Assembly: GCA_951406725.2 (NCBI GenBank)
Contig: CATOCA020000098.1
Coordinates: 1 to 5,823, forward strand
Origin: Octopus vulgaris
Taxonomy: Eukaryota
Direction: 5' to 3'
DNA length: 5,823 nucleotides
The position numbers were made by a program, and so were the translations under genes. Shown here one piece after another: positions 1 through 5,823 of the stretch. The notes beneath the pieces are model-generated. The model did not search any database. It had not been told where the DNA came from and saw nothing but the letters and a program-made list of their open reading frames with translations. Every line of letters begins with the position of its first letter. Within the stretch, counting starts at the first letter, position 1.

Positions 1-87
1 TGGTGTTTATGATGAGTATGAAAAGTGGAACTTGTACGACGATCCCTCAATAGAGGTAGATGCGGGTGCTGCAGTTCATTTTTTGAT
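1..87 (-). mobile_element. Inverted, diverged fragment of the same PLE family (homologous to ~1285-1380), running off the window edge
   Basis: Reverse complement of 24-51 equals 1330-1357 exactly (28 bp, ATTGAGGGATCGTCGTACAAGTTCCACT). RC of 77-87 equals 1285-1295 and RC of 6-15 equals 1370-1379. The intervening parts align with substitutions and small indels. Confidence 0.88.
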
Positions 88-92
88 ACTGA

Positions 93-1689
93 AAAAAGTA
101 CTTCTCAACCTGCATCACTATACCACATGATCTCAAACTGAGACCAATAGTGGCAGACCCAAGTTGTGAAACACACAGACTTAGCAACTTTATAGATATC
201 ATCTTAAAGCCAATACTGAAACACATTCCAAGTATTGTAAGAGATGACCTGGACCTATTAAACCATCTCCCCAAACATACCGATAAAGACACTTTAATCG
301 TTTCTTTTGATGTTATTAATCTTTACACCACAATCCCACATGAATTTGGACTGGAAGCCATTAAATTCTGGCTGGATAAATATCCCAATGAGATCCCGGA
401 AAGAATTAAAAAAGAATTCATAATTGAGGGCCTCAAATTTTTCTGCAAAACAACTTCATGTATTTCCACAACAACACTTACAGACAGGTCTCAGGGACTG
501 CAATGGGTACGAAAGTTGCACCTACCTATGCAAACCTGGTGATGGCCTACCTGGAATCACATATCTATGAAAAATCCAAATATAAGTACGGCCAGTCTTT
601 CCACAAATACCTGTTGGAGAACTGGAAACGCTACTTAGATGATTGCCTCATCCTATGGTCCCACACACTCGACCAACTTATAGACTTCAAAAACCTTATC
701 AACAGTGTAAATAACAACATTCAATTCAAAATGGAATATAGTCAGGACCAACTCCAAACTTTTCTTGACATCCTAATCATTAAAAAAGGCGTCAACATTG
801 AAACTGACATCCATTACAAACCCACTGACTCTAAACAATACCTTCTATTCACCTCCAATCACCCAAAACACACAAAGACAAATATCCCCTTCAACCTAGC
901 GAGAAGAATCTGCACTATTGTCTCAAATGACACAACACGAAATAGAAGACTCCGGGAACTAAGGGCAATTCTTCTCGAAAGACATTACCCGGCATCACTA
1001 GTAGACAACGGAATAGAACGGGCCAAATCAATCAACATTCAAGACCTTCGAAAACCCAAACACATCCACAGTACAGTCAATAGCCTCCCTATCTCTCAAC
1101 ACACAACCCAAGGAATGCAGAAGCTTACACTATTATATACAACAACATTCCACAACTAAATCAAGACCCACGCCTGAAAAAAATACTGGCAGCTCATAAA
1201 ATAATAAAAAGTAAGAGACAACCTAAATCCCTAAAAAACCTCCTCACCAACGCAAAATTACACAACACAAACCCACCGCCCACCATCAAAAAATGTGGTC
1301 GCCCCAACTGTAAGACTTGCATCCACCTCATTGAGGGATCGTCGTACAAGTTCCACTCGGGACACACATTCATCATAAAAAATAACTTCACGTGCGCATC
1401 AAAAAATTTACTCTACGTCATAAGGTGTGAAGGATGCCACGAAGACTACATAGGGCAAACGAGCCTTACCCTCAGAGACAGAATGACAGTTCACCGACAA
1501 CAACTGAGGGACCCCTCCACAAGACAGATACCACTAAGTGGACACTTAGACCTTTGTGCACACAATAAGTCCCCCAAATTCTTAGTCTTCCCACTATACC
1601 AATGCTCGGACAACACCACAGACCAAACACGAATAAATAAGGAAAGTAATCTTATTCAAAAATACAGACCACAACCAAACATACTCTAA
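93..1689 (+). pseudogene. PLE RT + GIY-YIG polyprotein, N-terminally truncated, with two -1 frameshifts (~438-443 and ~1085-1090)
   Basis: Frame 3: DLKLRPIVADPSCETHRLS and motif A VSFDVINLYT (Asp at 309-311). Frame 2: LQNNFMYF, motif B QVSGTAMGTKVAPTYANL, WKRYLDD (YLDD 632-643), FLDILI, YKPTDSKQYL and HPKHTKTNIPFNLARRI. Frame 1 from 1084 runs through the linker and endonuclease to TAA at 1687-1689. Confidence 0.92.
1084..1689 (+). CDS. Linker + GIY-YIG endonuclease part of the PLE ORF (open frame; the ORF track shows only 1483-1689)
   Basis: Manual translation: PYLSTHNPRN...KSKRQPKSLKNLLTNAK...KKCGRPNCKTC (Cys 1294-1320)...FTCASKNLLYVIRCEGCHEDYIGQT (LLY 1408-1416, YIG 1447-1455)...RMTVH...SGH...KES..I..Y.P..N*. 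This includes CxxC between the GIY and YIG motifs and two downstream His, as in PLE endonucleases. Confidence 0.9.
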   Translation, partial: PPYLSTHNPRNAEAYTIIYNNIPQLNQDPRLKKILAAHKIIKSKRQPKSLKNLLTNAKLHNTNPPPTIKKCGRPNCKTCIHLIEGSSYKFHSGHTFIIKNNFTCASKNLLYVIRCEGCHEDYIGQTSLTLRDRMTVHRQQLRDPSTRQIPLSGHLDLCAHNKSPKFLVFPLYQCSDNTTDQTRINKESNLIQKYRPQPNIL

Positions 1690-1840
1690 CATACCTCCTG
1701 GAAGCACATCCAGAGCAAGCACACAGGGACGCGCGCACGCTCACAGCATATCGTGCGGGCGGACACATGCGCGCATCGGCACGCATAGGACACACTAGCG
1801 GGCATTGACCGCACACATACGTGGCACTGCACACGCATGC

Positions 1841-2109
1841 ATTATATATATGTAGGTTATGTATGTGTGTGAGTGTAGTGTGTGTGTGTGTGCGCGTTGT
1901 GTGTGTGTGTGTGCGCGTGTGTATATATATGTGTGTGCACTGTGTGCTGTGTGTGTGTGTATATGTGTGTGTGCGCGCGTTGAATGTGTTTGTGTGTGTG
2001 CACGTGTGTATATGTGTGTGTGTGTGTGTGCACTGTGTGCGTGTGTGTGTATGTGTGTGTGTGTGTGTGTGAGCATTGTATACGTGTGTATGTATTTACA
2101 TATGTATCT

Positions 2110-2161
<52 letters not shown>

Positions 2162-2405
2162 ATATGCATACATGTATGTGTGTATATGTGAGTACATTTT
2201 TGTTTGTGTGTATGTGCGGTATGTAGAGATATATTTGAGTGTGTACGCTATAGGTTTGTAATTTGTGTGTGTGGGGGTGGTGAATTTTTATATATATATA
2301 TGTGTGTGTGTATGTGTGTGAAAAAATATATGTATGTGCATGTATGTATGTATGTATGTGTGTATATATATATATATATATATGTGTATATATATATATG
2401 TGTGT
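1841..2405. repeat. Compound (TG)n/(TA)n/(TATG)n microsatellite
   Basis: Direct reading: near-continuous alternating purine-pyrimidine runs. Confidence 0.97.
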
Positions 2406-2453
2406 GTGAATTGAAGAAATGGAACAGACACGAAGATTGAACAGAGATAATTT

Positions 2454-2546
2454 TATTGCATTCTACACGTGTTTCGAAAAACACAATTTACCTAATTCCG
2501 ATTGAATAAGGAGGCCGTATTTTGTCTTTCTCTTCAGGAAGAAATA
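2454..2546 (-). ncRNA. Type I hammerhead ribozyme (PLE-type), minus-strand copy
   Basis: On the minus strand: CUGAAGA at 2537-2531, stem II GAAAGACAAAAU/AUUGUGUUUUUC, GAAA at 2475-2472, CACGUG, GUA at 2466-2464. All core nucleotides are identical to the plus copy. Confidence 0.85.
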
Positions 2547-2629
2547 GGAATTCCGTTGGCTCTTAGGAGCCTCGTTCGATTTGTTTTGCTGCGCCTCTGT
2601 TCTGTTTTTGTTTTTGCCAACGGAATTCC

Positions 2630-2722
2630 TATTTCTTCCTGAAGAGAAAGACGCAATATGGTCTCCTTATTCAATCGGAATTTGGTAAATTGTGGCTTTC
2701 GAAACACGTGTAGAATGCAATA
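2630..2722 (+). ncRNA. Type I hammerhead ribozyme (PLE-type)
   Basis: Stem I UUC(2636-2638)/GAA(2713-2715), with possible extension UAUU/AAUA. Core CUGAAGA at 2639-2645. Stem II GAAAGACGCAAU(2646-2657)/AUUGUGGCUUUC(2689-2700). GAAA at 2701-2704, then CACGUG palindrome. GUA cleavage triplet at 2710-2712. Confidence 0.85.
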
Positions 2723-2724
2723 AA
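2719..2724 (+). promoter_or_regulatory. AATAAA, possible polyadenylation signal, 6 nt downstream of the hammerhead cleavage site (mirrored at 2452-2457 on minus)
   Basis: Hexamer seen directly in both arms; function is inferred only. Confidence 0.4.
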
Positions 2725-2889
2725 ACGATTTCTGTTCAATCTTCGTTCAACTCCATTTCTTCAATTCACTAATAATATTAAAATTCAATTATCCGCACCA
2801 ACGCACGGTTGCAACACCATATGGTTGTACCTCCAACCGTGCTGTCTTCTGCTCTGTGATTTTTACTAGGTATGTTAAACTTTTGATGA

Positions 2890-3490
2890 ATACATGTATA
2901 TGCATTGCGTGTATGTATGTATTGTGTGTGTATGTATGTTATGTGTGTGTGTGTGTATATATATATTATATGTATGTGCGTACGTGTATGTGTATGCATT
3001 GTATGTATGTGTGTTGTGTGTATATGTGGTACATCTATGTATGTGTATGTAAACACTATTTATATGTATATATGTATATATGTATATGCATTGTCTATAT
3101 ATATATATATTATATGTATGTATTGCGTATGTATATTGCATGCATATATTGTGTATGTATATTACTTACATGCTGTATGTGTGTGTATTGTATGTGTGTA
3201 TATATATATGCTAGGTGTATTTGTGTGATATTTATATTATGTATGTATGTGTGCGTGTGTTGTGTGTGTGTGTGTGTGTATGTGTGTTATATATCTGTGT
3301 ATGTTATATATAGATACATGTTATATTTGTGTGCTGTGTGTATATGTGATATATGTGGGTGCGTTGTGTGTGGGTGTGTGTGTTCTGTGTGTGTGTGTGT
3401 TGTTTGTATGTGGTTTGTGTTTGTATACTATGTGTGTGTGTGTGTGTGTTGTTGTGTGTGTGTGTGTTTGTGTGTATATATATGTGTGTG
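2890..3490. repeat. Degenerate compound (TG)n/(TA)n/(TATG)n microsatellite
   Basis: Direct reading; more interrupted than 1841-2405. Confidence 0.95.
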
Positions 3491-3846
3491 ACAAACAGAC
3501 GCTGTCTGACCAGCAGGCACGGACACATCTATTCACACCCGCATACTAACCTCCTGATAACCCCAAAATCATTCATGCATAAAGGGGAAGTATACACCAC
3601 ATTGGCTACTTCTGTTCTCTCAGTTCAGCCTTTCTGCTAATACTGACAGGTCAGTAAAAACATACTTAAAATATTCTGAGATGGACAAAAAATCCATTTT
3701 AATTTTTGCTGTCAAAACGCTGTATATATATACCAAAGATTGTATATATATACATGTAATGTGACAATTTGCGACAACCAATAATTAACGCAACCAATTC
3801 CCAATAATATATTTGTTTTATCCTTTTCTGCCAAATTTTCCCAAAT

Positions 3847-4074
3847 AATGTGACAATTATGTATAAAAAAACATTTTTGAATTCATAATATCCAATGTGA
3901 CAATTATGTAAAAACTTTTTTGAATGCATAATATTCAATGTGACAATTATGTAAAAAACTTTTTTGAACCCATAATATCCAATGTGACAATTATGTAAAA
4001 AACTTTTTTGAATGCATAATATTCAATGTGACAATTATGTAAAAACTTTTTTTTGAACCCATATTATTCAATGT
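3847..4074. repeat. Minisatellite, five units of 43-47 bp (AATGTGACAATTATGTAAAAA(A)CTTTTTTGAA..CATAATAT(T/C)C)
   Basis: Unit starts at 3847, 3894, 3937, 3981 and 4025, with a partial unit at 4070. An isolated AATGTGACAATT also occurs at 3758-3769. Confidence 0.95.
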
Positions 4075-4162
4075 TTCCTTAAATGTTTGACAATCTTTTA
4101 CCAAAGAGTGAAACCGGTTAAGTAAATAAACATCGTTTAAATTGCATTTTCAAACCTTTTTT

Positions 4163-4855
<693 letters not shown>

Positions 4856-4884
4856 TATATAACAAGAGAACAAGAGAACTATAT

Positions 4885-5552
4885 AACAAGAGAACAAGAA
4901 ACCATGATGGTCCTCTGGAAGACACTTGTCCTAAGCCACTTTGACTATTGCTCTCAGCTATGGTCACCATCCAGTGTCAAGTTGATCACAGAACTTTGAG
5001 GTGATCCAACGAAGCTACACAAAGAAGATAGCCTCTATGCAGAATGTAAGCTACTGGGAAAGACTCAAGAGATTAAAATTATATTCCCTGGAGCGCAGGT
5101 GGGAAAGATATGCCATAATATACATCTGGAAGATCCTGGAGGGAAGTGTCCTGAACTTTGGCATCGAGAGTTACGCAAATGCCAGAACTGGGCGCCACTG
5201 CGTGGTGCCTAGGACTCCAAACCTGCCATCAAGATGTAGGACAAGATTCTGTGATAGCCTGGGCTTCCGAGTCCCACAGCTCTTCAATATCCTCCCGAAG
5301 AACCTGAGAGACCTGCATGGGGTGGATACAGATGTCTTTAAAATGAAGCTGGATCTCTTCCTGTCAGGTGTCCCAGATGAACCAACTTCACGGCAGGAGG
5401 GGCAGATGAGGGCAGCTGCATCGAACTCTCTCATGCACCAAATAGCAGTTGCTAGAAAGCCTCCATGAAGTGAAACCAAGTAGCAACACCAAATGGCGGT
5501 GCCCCAGCATGGCCACAGCTCATAAGCTGAAACTAGAATCAATCAATCAATC
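4885..5552 (+). mobile_element. 5'-truncated non-LTR retrotransposon (CR1/L2-group LINE) 3' end with 3' UTR and (AATC)4 tail
   Basis: ORF2 C-terminal motifs, an ~85-bp 3' UTR with hairpin CAGCT-cata-AGCTG (5516-5529), and a terminal (AATC)4 at 5537-5552 instead of poly(A). Confidence 0.85.
4886..5468 (+). pseudogene. LINE ORF2 C-terminal (post-RT) fragment with one +1 frameshift at ~4994-4997
   Basis: [28 protein letters not shown]...ITEL / EVIQRSYTKKI...SYWERLKRLKLYSLERRWERYAIIYIWKILEG...PQLFNILPKNLR...FKMKLDLFLSGVPDEP...SNSL, ending at TGA 5466-5468. These resemble the DYCS.VWSP, LE.VQRR.TK, Y.ERL..L.L.SLE.RR and N.LP...FK..LD motifs of CR1-group ORF2. Confidence 0.87.
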
Positions 5553-5808
<256 letters not shown>

Positions 5809-5823
5809 TAGTATAGCCCCACG

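Larger units (their letters stand above)
88..1840 (+). mobile_element. 5'-truncated Penelope-like retroelement (Neptune-type), coding region plus probable start of 3' UTR
   Basis: RT motifs followed by a C-terminal GIY-YIG endonuclease in one reconstructed ORF, which is the PLE architecture. The right boundary is approximate (end of CA/GC-rich unique sequence). The element may extend to the hammerhead at ~2770. Confidence 0.9.
2406..2769. repeat. Long inverted repeat: arms 2406-2560 and 2616-2769, about 90% identical, 55-bp spacer
   Basis: GTGAATTGAAGAAATGGA...GGAATTCCGTTGGC is the reverse complement of GCCAACGGAATTCC...TCCATTTCTTCAATTCAC. Manual alignment gives 10 scattered substitutions plus one 5-6 nt divergent block. 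Confidence 0.97.

Noticed and set aside
47-292. Minus-strand ORFs at 47-292, 1194-1391 and 5171-5542
   Set aside because: These are antisense shadows of retroelement coding sequence. Only the tail of 47-292 (NCSTRIYL) reflects the inverted PLE fragment.
432-445. Programmed -1 frameshift at AAATTTT
   Set aside because: The heptamer is not in X XXY YYZ phase with the upstream frame, it falls inside the RT core, and PLEs normally have a single continuous ORF.
2406-2769. MITE/DNA transposon or pre-miRNA interpretation of the inverted repeat
   Set aside because: No recognisable TIR ends or TSD. The hammerhead cores and AATAAA in each arm point to retroelement termini. It is not fully excluded.
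1795-3640. Many Cys/Val/Tyr- or His/Thr-rich ORFs on both strands
   Set aside because: These are translations of TG/TA microsatellites, which rarely contain stop codons; there is no coding signal.
3491-3660. Small hairpins (CAGAC-gct-GTCTG at 3496-3508; TACTGAC-ag-GTCAGTA at 3641-3656) in a unique island
   Set aside because: They are short enough to arise by chance, and I recognised no tRNA/SINE boxes or exon.
3847-4074. CRISPR-like regularly spaced repeat
   Set aside because: The units are contiguous with no unique spacers, the context is eukaryotic, and there are no cas genes.

Overview
This is repeat-dense, AT-rich eukaryotic DNA with no host gene. The composition suggests an invertebrate, possibly a cephalopod, but that is only an impression. 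88-1689 is a 5'-truncated Penelope-like retroelement (PLE) ORF on +: RT, a Cys-rich Neptune-type linker and a GIY-YIG endonuclease, broken by two -1 frameshifts but with no premature stops in the reconstructed frame. An inverted, diverged fragment of the same family (1-87) abuts it head-to-head. Inside a (TG)/(TA) microsatellite field lies a 364-bp inverted repeat (2406-2769). Each arm carries a complete type I hammerhead ribozyme motif, one per strand, with an unusually long stem II and a palindromic stem III loop. Further on are a ~44-bp minisatellite with alternating variants, a ~690-bp (TA)n tract, and a 5'-truncated CR1/L2-group LINE 3' end with an (AATC)4 tail followed by a second (TA)n tract. 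Most ORFs in the supplied track are microsatellite artefacts.
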